From assembly GCA_963706955.1 (NCBI GenBank), contig CAVPOC010000003.1:512001-576000 (forward strand): DNA of 64,000 bases, given 5' to 3'. The stretch's first letter is position 1. Each line of letters begins with the position of its first letter. Below the pieces are notes generated by a model. It saw only the letters and a program-made list of their open reading frames with translations, did no database searches and was not told the DNA's origin. Below, piece by piece: positions 21,072 through 32,513 of the stretch. The stretch comes from an uncultured Verrucomicrobiae bacterium. GTDB taxonomy: Bacteria; Verrucomicrobiota; Verrucomicrobiia; Chthoniobacterales; Terrimicrobiaceae. The translations under genes were made by a program, and so were the position numbers.

Positions 21072-22952
21072 CTACTTTGCCGTAGTCCAGCGCTTGATCA
21101 GCTCGTCATAGGCAATTGTTTCGCCCGGTGGCTTCTCGTTGGCGAGCTTCGCCGCTGGGCCATCCGGCTTACCCAGCCATTCTTTCGGATCTTTCTCTGG
21201 GTTCAGGCGTGGTCCGCAGCCGCCGTAGGTCTTGGCCTGTTCGTCCGCCGCCTGCATGCGCGCCATGATCTGATCCATTTCGGCAGCCAGCCGGTTCATC
21301 GCTTGTTCCGGCGTGAAGACGCCTGAATTTACGTCGCCAATCTGCTGCCACCAGAGTTGCGCCAGCTTTGGATAGTCGGGAACGTTGATGCCAGTCGGTG
21401 TCCAGAGCACGCGGTCTGGCGAACGATAGAACTCGACAAGCCCGCCGAGCTTCGGCGCGCGCTCGGTGAACGATTTGTCATTGATGTCCGAATTGCGGAT
21501 GATCGTCAGCCCGACGTGGCTCTTCTTCAACGACACGGTTTTGGATACCGTAAACTGCGCATAGAGCCAGGCTGCCTTGCGGCGGTCGATCGGGGTAGAC
21601 TTGAACATCGTCCATGAACCGCAGTCCTGATAGCCGAGTTTCATCCCCTCTTCCCAATAAGGTCCATGTGGAGAAGGGGCCATCCGCCACAGGGGCACGC
21701 CCTTGTCATCCACCGTATTGTTGCCCTCGCTCTTCGGCTTGACCATGTCGGCAGTGAAGGCGGTGTACCAGAAGATCTGTTGAGCAACGTTGCCCTGGTT
21801 GAGTGCCGGAAGCGATTGATAGAAGTCCAGGTCGGCGGCACCGGGTGGTGCATATTTGCGCAGCCACTCGTCCCATTTCGCAATCGCGTAGATCGAGGCC
21901 GGAGAGTTGGTTCCGCCCCCGCGCGACACCGACGCTCCAGCGGGATTGCATGAGCCCTTTTCCATGCGGATGCCCCACTCGTCGATCGGCCGGCCATTGG
22001 GCAGACCTTTCGACGTGGAGCCGGCCATGGAAAGCCAGGCATCCGTCATGCGCCAGCCGAGGTCAGGAGCGCGCTTGCCGTAGTCCATATGGCCGTAGAT
22101 GCGGACGCCGTCGATCTCTTTCACATCATTCGTGAAGAAATCCGCGATGTCTTCATAGGCCGACCAGTTCACTGGAACGCCGAGCTCATAGCCGTATTTA
22201 GCCTTGAACTTGTCCTTGATGTCCTGCCGGTCGAACCAGTCTTTTCGGAACCAATACAGATTGGCAAATTGCTGGTCGGGCAGCTGCCACAATTTGCCGT
22301 CGGGTCCGGTTGTAAACGACTTGCCGATAAAATCGTCGACGTCCAGGGTCGGCAGGGTCACGTCCTTGCCCTCGCCACCCATCCAATCTGTCAGGTTGAC
22401 GGCGCTTTGCAGACGTGAATGCGTTCCAATGAGATCGGAATCGTTAATATAGGCATCATAAAGGTTGCGGTTGGTCTGCATCTGCGTCTGAACCGCCTGG
22501 ACCACTTCGCCCTCGCCAAGGAGCTGATGGTTCACCTTGATGCCGGTGATCTGCTCGAACGCTTTGGTTAAAACTTCAGATTCATAGGTATGTGTCGGAA
22601 CGGTTTCCGAGAGCACATTGATTTCCATTCCCTTGAACGGCGCGGCCGCCTTGATGAACCACTCCATCTCTTTTATCTGCTCCTCTTTGGAGAGCGTCGA
22701 AGGTTGGAATTCACTATCGACCCATTTCTTTGCTTCTTCGATGCCAGCAAAGGTAAGACCGGCGAACGACATGGTCGCCAAGAGAACACCCGAAGCCACC
22801 AGATTTTTTAACCTAGATTTGCAAAGAACTTCAGTCGTGCCAGCGTGGTCACTATTTTGATATGTAAACGCGGAAATTCGGATTTCGCTTCCCGCGTGAA
22901 GGGGTGGTTCCTGGACTAAGCCAGGACCTTTTTTTTCGATGTTTGTTTTCAT
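21072..22952 (-). CDS. glpV: ABC transporter substrate-binding protein, glycerol-type
   Basis: EFQPSTLSKEEQIKEMEWF, INDSDLIGTH, YQLPDQQFANLYWFR-like, GYQDCGSWT, NVPDYPKLAQLWW. Start uncertain. Confidence 0.85.
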   Translation of the reverse strand: MKTNIEKKGPGLVQEPPLHAGSEIRISAFTYQNSDHAGTTEVLCKSRLKNLVASGVLLATMSFAGLTFAGIEEAKKWVDSEFQPSTLSKEEQIKEMEWFIKAAAPFKGMEINVLSETVPTHTYESEVLTKAFEQITGIKVNHQLLGEGEVVQAVQTQMQTNRNLYDAYINDSDLIGTHSRLQSAVNLTDWMGGEGKDVTLPTLDVDDFIGKSFTTGPDGKLWQLPDQQFANLYWFRKDWFDRQDIKDKFKAKYGYELGVPVNWSAYEDIADFFTNDVKEIDGVRIYGHMDYGKRAPDLGWRMTDAWLSMAGSTSKGLPNGRPIDEWGIRMEKGSCNPAGASVSRGGGTNSPASIYAIAKWDEWLRKYAPPGAADLDFYQSLPALNQGNVAQQIFWYTAFTADMVKPKSEGNNTVDDKGVPLWRMAPSPHGPYWEEGMKLGYQDCGSWTMFKSTPIDRRKAAWLYAQFTVSKTVSLKKSHVGLTIIRNSDINDKSFTERAPKLGGLVEFYRSPDRVLWTPTGINVPDYPKLAQLWWQQIGDVNSGVFTPEQAMNRLAAEMDQIMARMQAADEQAKTYGGCGPRLNPEKDPKEWLGKPDGPAAKLANEKPPGETIAYDELIKRWTTAK

Positions 22953-23632
22953 GGGGGGTACTAAATGTGTCAAGAAGTGCGGCTGCATCCAAGCGCCGAT
23001 AGTGAAGAGGGGAACAGAGTTTGTTCGAGTTTGGCCACTGAGCGGACGACTAGTGTCGCCAAGTCATTCCAGATCGAACAGACCTGAGCGCGGCGGGGGG
23101 ATCGCCCAATTTTCAGACACGAAGGGATGCTAACGCGAAGTCTTTCTTTGCGCAAATCGAAATGTGATCGACGGCAAAATGAGGCAACCATTGGATCTTG
23201 TGAGTGGCAACCGGTATCGCGAGCGGTGTAGCTTGGCGGATCGCTTCGAACTGGGCGGGTGCAGTCCACTCCGATACGCGGCCATCAATCAAATCGCCGC
23301 GACTGCCGTTCGGTGCCGATGCTTGCTGCGCTGATTCTCGCGAAACGCCCTCCTAAGTGCGAAGCGCCTGTTATACATAGGTTTGGGGTCATGCATAGGC
23401 ATGGCATCTTGCATTTTTAGATAGACCTCGCAAGGAAGATTGGTTTCACCGGTGTGTAACGTTGGTGCTCGGAAAGGCGGCCAGAAGCCTCGGCTGCGCT
23501 CATCGACTCGACATAGGTTCACAAAGCCTATCAGCAGGAGAAAGAATGCTTTTCCCGACTATACGAAACTTCGCGCGAATAAGCGCATTTTAGCGTTGGC
23601 TCGATGGCGATTGGTCCTTATATGCCAGCTGT

Positions 23633-24310
23633 ATGAGGAAATACTTGGTTGAATTCATCGGGACTTTCTTTCTCGTCTTTACAGTTGGTAACACGGTTAT
23701 CGAGCCCGGCGCGGGACCACTCGCCCCAATTGCGATCGGATCGATCCTTATGGTAATGATTTTTGCCGGAGGACATATCTCTGGCGGCCATTACAACCCC
23801 GCGGTCACTCTCGCGGTGTGGATGCGCGGTAAATGTCCGACGAGCGATGTGCCTGGCTATGTGATCGCTCAAGTCGCGGCCGGATTGGTGGCGGCCTTTC
23901 TCGTTTTGTTTATGAAAGGAGATCCGCAGATAAGCGCGATGGCTTTTGAAAGAGGTGCACTCATTCCACTGCTGGCGGAATTTCTTGGCACGTTTGCGCT
24001 TGCCTTTGTCGTCCTGAACGCTGCCACCGCAACGGCCAACTCCAACAATTCGTTCTATGGGTTAGCCATCGGTTTTACCGTCCTGGCTTCCGCGTTCTCC
24101 CTTGGAGGCTATTCGGGAGGTGCGTTCAACCCGGCCGTCGCAGTCGGCATCACTGCGATGGGACTAAATGCCGTCGGAAATATCTGGATTCATCTGATCG
24201 GCGAGCTCGCCGGCGGAGCGGTTGCGGCGGTGACCTTTCGTTTCGTTAGTCCGGACGACGTTCAGCGCGCCGTCGTGTCGCCACCGGACCGACCTATCAG
24301 AGCGAAGTAA
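23633..24310 (+). CDS. Aquaporin / MIP-family channel
   Basis: EFIGTF, SGGHYNPAVT and GGAFNPAV motifs; six TM helices. Confidence 0.92.
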   Translation: MRKYLVEFIGTFFLVFTVGNTVIEPGAGPLAPIAIGSILMVMIFAGGHISGGHYNPAVTLAVWMRGKCPTSDVPGYVIAQVAAGLVAAFLVLFMKGDPQISAMAFERGALIPLLAEFLGTFALAFVVLNAATATANSNNSFYGLAIGFTVLASAFSLGGYSGGAFNPAVAVGITAMGLNAVGNIWIHLIGELAGGAVAAVTFRFVSPDDVQRAVVSPPDRPIRAK

Positions 24311-24443
24311 AGTGCTAGCATCGAGCATACGATTAATAAGAGCGATACTCATAAGAGCCGATACTCGATCGGCATCTTCGCTTTGGCGTATCGATAAGAT
24401 TTAGAGGACTCGAGATCGTGCTCCCGCGGACGAGTCCGAAGAC

Positions 24444-25170
24444 TTATCCACAGATTCCACGATTCAGAAATGGGGAAGACCCGCGTCTCGCGTGTCCGGC
24501 AAGGTGTCCTCGCCACGCAATCAGAAAAGCGGCAGTGTGAGGAGAATTAGGCAGACCTTCCTCGGGCAATTGTGAGCGCAGCAGCTCTGCCAAAGGTCTG
24601 TGAAACACATAGGCAAAATGGCTAATGGTTAAGAGTTGCTCGTTGGGAAACGAATTATCCTGACCTGCGTCAGGCTCAATAAAAGTGAGAGTCGAGAGAT
24701 GCTAGGATTCAGAATCTTATCCACAGATTTCACCGATTCACACAGATGCAGAATGGGGAAACACACGCGTCTCGCGTTCCGGCGAGACATTCTCGCCTCG
24801 GAATTAAAGAAGCAGCGATTTGAGGAGAATCATCGAGACCTGCTCCCACAATAATCGGCGTAATAGCCTGCGAAGGATGCTGAATACATAGCAATCGCCA
24901 CTACCTCGATAGGCTTGAGCGATGTATCGCGCCCTTTAGCCGTGAGTCACGCTCCCGGCCAGCGTCGGCGGACCTCAACGAGTTCCATCGCATATGGCCT
25001 GTGTAAATCTGCGAAAATTGAGGACCGCCCCGGCAGTGAGGCACGGGATTGTGGCTCCCGCAGACGAGGCCAGGTCCTATCCACGGATTTCACCGATTCA
25101 CACAGATCAGAAAGTGGGGAGCATACGCGTCCTACGCGCCCAGCGAGGCGTCCTCGCCTCACAATCAATG
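24444..25170 (+). repeat. Three degenerate copies of a composite repeat unit (starts about 24444, 24717, 25078)
   Basis: Each begins TATCCAC(A/G)GATT..AC.GATTCA and continues CAGAA..TGGGGA..A.CGCGTC...G.C.TCGCC.C..AATC. Confidence 0.75.
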
Positions 25171-25177
25171 AGGGTCG

Positions 25178-25255
25178 CATCCCCCAGTTGTGCTCTCTTA
25201 ACCGCACACGCAAATCGCTGCAAATCGCCCAGCTTCCAATATAGATCCGCTTCCG
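25178..25255 (-). pseudogene. Partial duplicate of the adjacent GIY-YIG gene
   Basis: KRIYIGS...SDLRVRLREHNWGM; nucleotide similarity to 25478-25547. Confidence 0.75.
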
Positions 25256-25280
25256 CCGCTTTCGCTTCGCCCGTCGCGCC

Positions 25281-25695
25281 CCTCCTTCACAGTCCGAAAG
25301 CAGGCTGCCCGCTGAAGCTGCGCCTTCAGGCGTTACACTCGTCGAGCAACCTTTTGTGGAGAAATGCTCGACCCGATCCGCTCTTGAGATAGTGCTCGAA
25401 CGCGCGCGATCCTTCCTCGCTACAGAAGCCCGCATACCAGGCCAGCGCCCAGGGACGATACCCGGCGGTGTGCGGCGACATCCCCCAGTTGTGCTCTCTC
25501 AGCTGCTCACGCAAATCGCTCGTGCTCCCAATATAGATCCGCTTCGGCTCTTTGATTGAACGCAGCACGTAAACATAGTTAAAAGCCCTCCTTCGCCAAG
25601 GCTCTGGCGGGCCGCTTTCGCCCCGCCCGTCGTGATGGCTACCCTCCTTCACAGTCCGAAAGCGGGCCTGCCCGCTGAAGCTGCGCCTTTAGGCG
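25281..25695. repeat. About 52-bp direct repeats flanking the GIY-YIG gene (25281-25332 and 25643-25695)
   Basis: CCTCCTTCACAGTCCGAAAGC(A/G)GG(C)CTGCCCGCTGAAGCTGCGCCTT(C/T)AGGCG at both positions. Confidence 0.9.
25326..25583 (-). CDS. Stand-alone GIY-YIG nuclease family protein (canonical start apparently lost; upstream in-frame GTG at 25652)
   Basis: YVYVLRS....RIYIGSTSDL..QL.EHN.G...HT...RPW.L.WY..F....A..FE.YLKSGSGRAF. Confidence 0.85.
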   Translation of the reverse strand, partial: FNYVYVLRSIKEPKRIYIGSTSDLREQLREHNWGMSPHTAGYRPWALAWYAGFCSEEGSRAFEHYLKSGSGRAFLHKRLLDECNA

Positions 25696-25702
25696 AAGCG
25701 AA

Positions 25703-25773
25703 AGCGGGTGAAGGGAATCGAACCCTCGTGTCCAGCTTGGGAAGCTGGCGTTCTACCATTGAACTACACCCGC
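25703..25773 (-). tRNA. tRNA-Gly (anticodon CCC), CCA not encoded
   Basis: Reverse complement GCGGGTGTAGTTCAATGGTAGAACGCCAGCTTCCCAAGCTGGACACGAGGGTTCGATTCCCTTCACCCGCT folds as a cloverleaf. Confidence 0.96.
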
Positions 25774-25780
25774 ATCAAAT

Positions 25781-26296
25781 TTAGTCCCAGGAGCGGACTT
25801 GCTGGCGACTAATTGCATTCGTGTTCCAAACACCTACTTTCTTCATGATCGTGGCATTTGAAGAAGTCGTCCCGTTTGTGGATACGCCAACCCGATTGTC
25901 GTAGTCGCCGTCGAGCGCAACGTAGTAAGAGTTCGCCCAGGGATCAACGAAAACATCATTTAGAATGCCGCCTTTGCCTTTCTTATAGTTCAAGACTTCA
26001 AGGAAAATGATTTTGCGCGGATTCAAGTTGGTGTCGGTTCCTGTCAAGGCACCAAGAATATTGCTATTCACAGTCTGCGGCGTCGAATTCGAATTTGGCA
26101 GGCGGCCGTATTCGGTGTCATAAGCGACGATGGCCGTGGCGATCTGCATTGCGTCGTTCTTAGCTTGCGCTTTCTTCGCCGAATCGAGCGCCCCTTGCAC
26201 CGCCGGAAAAAGCAAGCTCATGAGAACTCCAATAATCGCCACCACCACAAGCAACTCAATGATGGTGAAACCTGGGGGAGATTTCAGAGCACGCAT
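25781..26296 (-). CDS. Prepilin-type N-terminal cleavage/methylation domain protein (pseudopilin-like)
   Basis: GFTIIELLVVVAIIGVL..LLFPA and a later DPW motif. Confidence 0.88.
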   Translation of the reverse strand: MRALKSPPGFTIIELLVVVAIIGVLMSLLFPAVQGALDSAKKAQAKNDAMQIATAIVAYDTEYGRLPNSNSTPQTVNSNILGALTGTDTNLNPRKIIFLEVLNYKKGKGGILNDVFVDPWANSYYVALDGDYDNRVGVSTNGTTSSNATIMKKVGVWNTNAISRQQVRSWD

Positions 26297-26380
26297 CGCG
26301 ACGCTCGCAGGGTGGAACTGGATACCTACCGGAGCAAGCATTTTCTTGCAGAGGAGTCCTCATCTACGCGAAAAACAGAC

Positions 26381-28537
26381 GTGACTCGCGAAAAAAAACC
26401 CTCCGGCGAGCGCACTAAAGAAGACCTCCGAGTGCGGATTCTTGGGCTATTGACAGAGCGGGCGCTGAACAAAGTGGAGATTTCCAAGTCTCTCGGCCTA
26501 CCGGCACAGCAACGGGGAAGGCTCCGCGAACTACTCCGAGACATGGAGGTGGACGGCGAAGTTGCCCGAATACGAAAAGATCGCTACGTAATTCCAAAAG
26601 ATGCCGACCTGCTGACCGGGCCGATTCAGTTTCATGCCAGCGGATCCGCACACGTGCTTGGGGAGAAGTCCGGCCAACCGGATCTTTTCATCAGCCCAGA
26701 GAATTCGTTCACCGCGATGCATGGCGACCGGGTGGTCGCCCGCTTGATCACTGAGAGACTGCCTGAGAGCGAATGGAAACTAGGACGCCCGGCCAAGACG
26801 CCGCGCCGCGAGGGACGGGTCATCCGAATCCTGGAACGGGTGAACGAGACCATCGTCGGCACGCTGCAACGCTCTCGCAATTTTTACTTTGTCGTCGCTG
26901 ACGATCCGCGCTTCGTCCACAACCTCTATGTTCCTGCACCCGCTCCTCCTCTCTCTGCCGGCGTCGGCGATAAGGTCGTTGCCAAGCTGGATGCCTGGCC
27001 GTCGCGGCACGTCAATCCCGAGGGCCATCTCGTCGAGGTCCTTGGACCCGCAGGTAGTCCTGGAGTGGACATGCTCTCGATTATCCGCAAGTACCGCCTG
27101 CCGTCGGAATTTCCACAGGAGGTCATCCGCGAAGCGGAGAGTCTTCCCAGTCAAATCGATCCCGACGAGGTCGCACGCCGGGTGGACCTGCGCGACCGCT
27201 TCATCCTCACGATTGATCCCGATGACGCCCGCGACTTCGATGATGCCATCGAGGTGGAGGCAACTCCGGAAGGCTGGAGCGTCGGCATTCACATTGCCGA
27301 CGTCTCCCACTACGTCGCGCCCAAGAGTAAGCTCGACCGTGAGGCCGTCTCCCGCGGAAACAGCGTCTACCTCGCCGACCGGGTAATTCCAATGCTGCCG
27401 GAGGCGCTCAGCAACGCACTCTGCAGCCTCCGCCCGAACGAAGATCACCTGACTTTCTCTGTCTTCGCTGCCGTCAATCGAAAGGGGAAAGTCCATTCGG
27501 TGCGTTTCGCGAAAACGCTCATCCGGAGCGTCGCACGGCTGACGTATAAGGAAGCGCTTGCCCGGCTCGAGCGTCCTCCGGTCGATGAGGTCGGTCGAAA
27601 GCTTCACCTCGCCTGGCAGCTGGCATCCGAACTGCGCGCAAAGAGGTTTGCGGCCGGTTCGCTCGATCTGGATTTTCCGGAGGTAAAGGTCTGGCTCGAT
27701 GCCCAAGGGAAACCTTTGCGTCTCGAAAAGATTGAAAACGACATCTCCCACCAACTTGTCGAAGAATTGATGCTCCTGGCGAACGAGCTCGTCGCACGCG
27801 AGCTGATGCGGCGGCGCCAGCCCTCGATTTACCGCGTCCACGAAAAGCCTGATCTGGATCGAATGCTCGAGTTTCGAGAGACGGCGCTCGCCTTGGGCGT
27901 CCCCTGCGGCGACCTTTCTCATCGGCCCGAGCTGCAAAGACTGCTCGCCTCTGTCCGCGGCAAACCTCAGGAATATGCGATCAAGCTGGGGTTGCTAAAA
28001 AGTCTCAAGCGCGCCCGCTATGCTCCCGAACCGCTCGGGCATTACGGTCTGCACAAAAGCGATTACACGCATTTCACCAGCCCGATCCGGCGCTACTCGG
28101 ATCTCGTCGTCCACCGCGCCTTGGCCTATTTGCTTGGACTCACCAAGCGCGGGGCCGATTCCGCGGGCCTTGCTTCGGTCGCCGACCACATCTCGACGAC
28201 GGAACGGGTCGCCGCGGACGCCGAGAAGGACTCGGTCAAGCTCAAAAAGCTCGAGTTTTTTCAAAACCACCTTTCGTCACGTGACGGCGGCGACATCTTT
28301 CCGGCGCGCATTCTAGAAGTGCGCAACTATGGGCTGCTCATCGAGTTGCCTGACTTTCTCATGAACGGGCTCGTGCATGTCTCCGCGCTGGATGGCGATT
28401 TTTTTCTCCTCGATGCTGCCCATTCGCGTCTGGTGGGTCGCCGCTCCCGCCGCGTATTTAAGGTTGGCGACGAAATCCGCGTTCAAGTCGCCAGAGTGGA
28501 CCATTTCAAGCAGCAGGTGGACTTTCGGCCGGTGTGA
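26381..28537 (+). CDS. rnr: Ribonuclease R
   Basis: N-terminal HTH and CSDs (AMHGDRV), TIDPDDARDFDDA, HIADVSHYV, YTHFTSPIRRYSDL, C-terminal S1. GTG start approximate. Confidence 0.95.
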   Translation: MTREKKPSGERTKEDLRVRILGLLTERALNKVEISKSLGLPAQQRGRLRELLRDMEVDGEVARIRKDRYVIPKDADLLTGPIQFHASGSAHVLGEKSGQPDLFISPENSFTAMHGDRVVARLITERLPESEWKLGRPAKTPRREGRVIRILERVNETIVGTLQRSRNFYFVVADDPRFVHNLYVPAPAPPLSAGVGDKVVAKLDAWPSRHVNPEGHLVEVLGPAGSPGVDMLSIIRKYRLPSEFPQEVIREAESLPSQIDPDEVARRVDLRDRFILTIDPDDARDFDDAIEVEATPEGWSVGIHIADVSHYVAPKSKLDREAVSRGNSVYLADRVIPMLPEALSNALCSLRPNEDHLTFSVFAAVNRKGKVHSVRFAKTLIRSVARLTYKEALARLERPPVDEVGRKLHLAWQLASELRAKRFAAGSLDLDFPEVKVWLDAQGKPLRLEKIENDISHQLVEELMLLANELVARELMRRRQPSIYRVHEKPDLDRMLEFRETALALGVPCGDLSHRPELQRLLASVRGKPQEYAIKLGLLKSLKRARYAPEPLGHYGLHKSDYTHFTSPIRRYSDLVVHRALAYLLGLTKRGADSAGLASVADHISTTERVAADAEKDSVKLKKLEFFQNHLSSRDGGDIFPARILEVRNYGLLIELPDFLMNGLVHVSALDGDFFLLDAAHSRLVGRRSRRVFKVGDEIRVQVARVDHFKQQVDFRPV

Positions 28538-28630
28538 ACGCCCTGAGAATTTCGCTGAAAGCCTAAAAAATTAAGTTGTTACCCGCCCTCAGATGATTTT
28601 CAATCATAATGTTCCCAACTGTGTATATTG

Positions 28631-28834
28631 ATGGATACCATACTTGAGTCGCGCGAGGTTCAGGTCGAGCGCAAGCACTTCTTCATCGAGTTTCGCGAGA
28701 ACGACCGTGGTCGCTTTCTCCGGATTACCGAGGAAGCACACGGCCGCCGCAACACGGTGATCATTCCCAGCACGGGGCTCGAGGAATTCGAACGCCTCTT
28801 GAATGAAGTGCTTGCCGTCGGTGCCCGCCCCTGA
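28631..28834 (+). CDS. PUR/PurA-like single-stranded nucleic-acid-binding protein
   Basis: QVERKHFFIEFRENDRGRFLRITE...RNTVIIP matches a single PUR repeat. Confidence 0.8.
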   Translation: MDTILESREVQVERKHFFIEFRENDRGRFLRITEEAHGRRNTVIIPSTGLEEFERLLNEVLAVGARP

Positions 28835-28939
28835 TGTCGTCTTAGAGAACTTTTTCGCGGAGAATCGTTCCGCTTTACGCTGACGCTTTCGGCGCCTCTG
28901 CAAAGATGGCAGGGGTGCCGCGTCGCTTTTTTTCCTGCT

Positions 28940-31689
<2,750 letters not shown>

Positions 31690-31694
<5 letters not shown>

Positions 31695-31750
31695 CGGCGC
31701 TGTCCGCAGCGCCGGGACGTCCCCCCAGCCGTGGGGATACGGCCGCTACA
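31690..31750. repeat. GTAG-type REP doublet overlapping the ppdK stop codon
   Basis: TGTAGCGGCGCTGTCCGCAGCGCCG ... GCCGTGGGGATACGGCCGCTACA. Confidence 0.75.
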
Positions 31751-31833
31751 ATCGGCGCTCGAGAATAAAGCGGCCTCGGGGTGACCGTCGACGGCACGCG
31801 ATATCTCACCAATTGACGACTCGCCGCACACTC

Positions 31834-31992
31834 CGGGGAGCATACGCGTCCCGCGGCGTCTCGCGAGTGATGTTCGGCGTCCGCGTGAGCGGCACGTTGC
31901 CGCAACGCGGCTCACTGTGCTCGCCGAACAGGGGTTTTCCGGCAGGACGCCGGAAAATGGCAGCGCGGGGACGCGCGGGGACGCTGCGCCCG
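31834..31992. repeat. Degenerate palindromic repeat of the GGGGAGCATACGCGTC type
   Basis: GGGGAGCATACGCGTCC also occurs at about 25117; internal hairpin TTTTCCGGC..GCCGGAAAA; lies between convergent genes. Confidence 0.55.
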
Positions 31993-32048
31993 AACCATCG
32001 AAACGTCCCTGATCTGTGCTCTTGGGGCATGTCTCTTCTGACGCGGGA

Positions 32049-32513
32049 TCAGAGCGCGTCGGTATCCTCAGTGGTCACGTCGCGAGCTGGTGAGGAGGAA
32101 AGGGCCTGCTCGAGAGCCCTCCAGGCGAGCATGGCACACTTGACCCGTTGAGGAAACCGCCGCACTGCGCTAAAGACGAGTAGATCGCCGAAGTCGGCGG
32201 GTGGGTCCCCCGGATCGGGCGCCGTCAGCATTTGCCGGAAGGCTTGGATGGTAGCTTGGCCTTCGAGACGAGACTTGCCGCGCATTTTGATCGTCATCAA
32301 TGAGGCTGAGGCCATGCAAATGGCGCAGCCATGACCGGTGAACTTGAGCGCCTCGATCGCCTCCGGCGTAAGTTTGGCCGATAGCTCGACCTCGTCTCCG
32401 CACGATGGATTATCTCCCCTCACCGACACCGTCGCGTCGGGGAGCGCGCCAAAATTACGAGGCCGCTTGCTGTGATCCAGGATTATTTCCTGATAAAGCT
32501 CTTCGATATTCAC
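32049..32513 (-). CDS. sufU: SUF-system NifU-like sulfur transfer/scaffold protein
   Basis: LYQEIILDH..RPRN, NPSCGD, GCAIC.AS, RVKCAML.W. Confidence 0.92.
   Translation of the reverse strand: MNIEELYQEIILDHSKRPRNFGALPDATVSVRGDNPSCGDEVELSAKLTPEAIEALKFTGHGCAICMASASLMTIKMRGKSRLEGQATIQAFRQMLTAPDPGDPPADFGDLLVFSAVRRFPQRVKCAMLAWRALEQALSSSPARDVTTEDTDAL

Noticed and set aside
23396..23414. Possible sigma-54 promoter (GGCATGGCATCTTGCA)
   Set aside because: GG-to-GC spacing is one base off the strict -24/-12 consensus.
24315..24425. Short GAGC/GATACTC reiterations after the aquaporin
   Set aside because: Too degenerate to define a unit or structure from sequence alone.
24444..24725. Replication origin suggested by TTATCCACA DnaA boxes (also 60859-60867)
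   Set aside because: The boxes are embedded in a dispersed repeat family; no dnaA/dnaN context or AT-rich unwinding element is seen.
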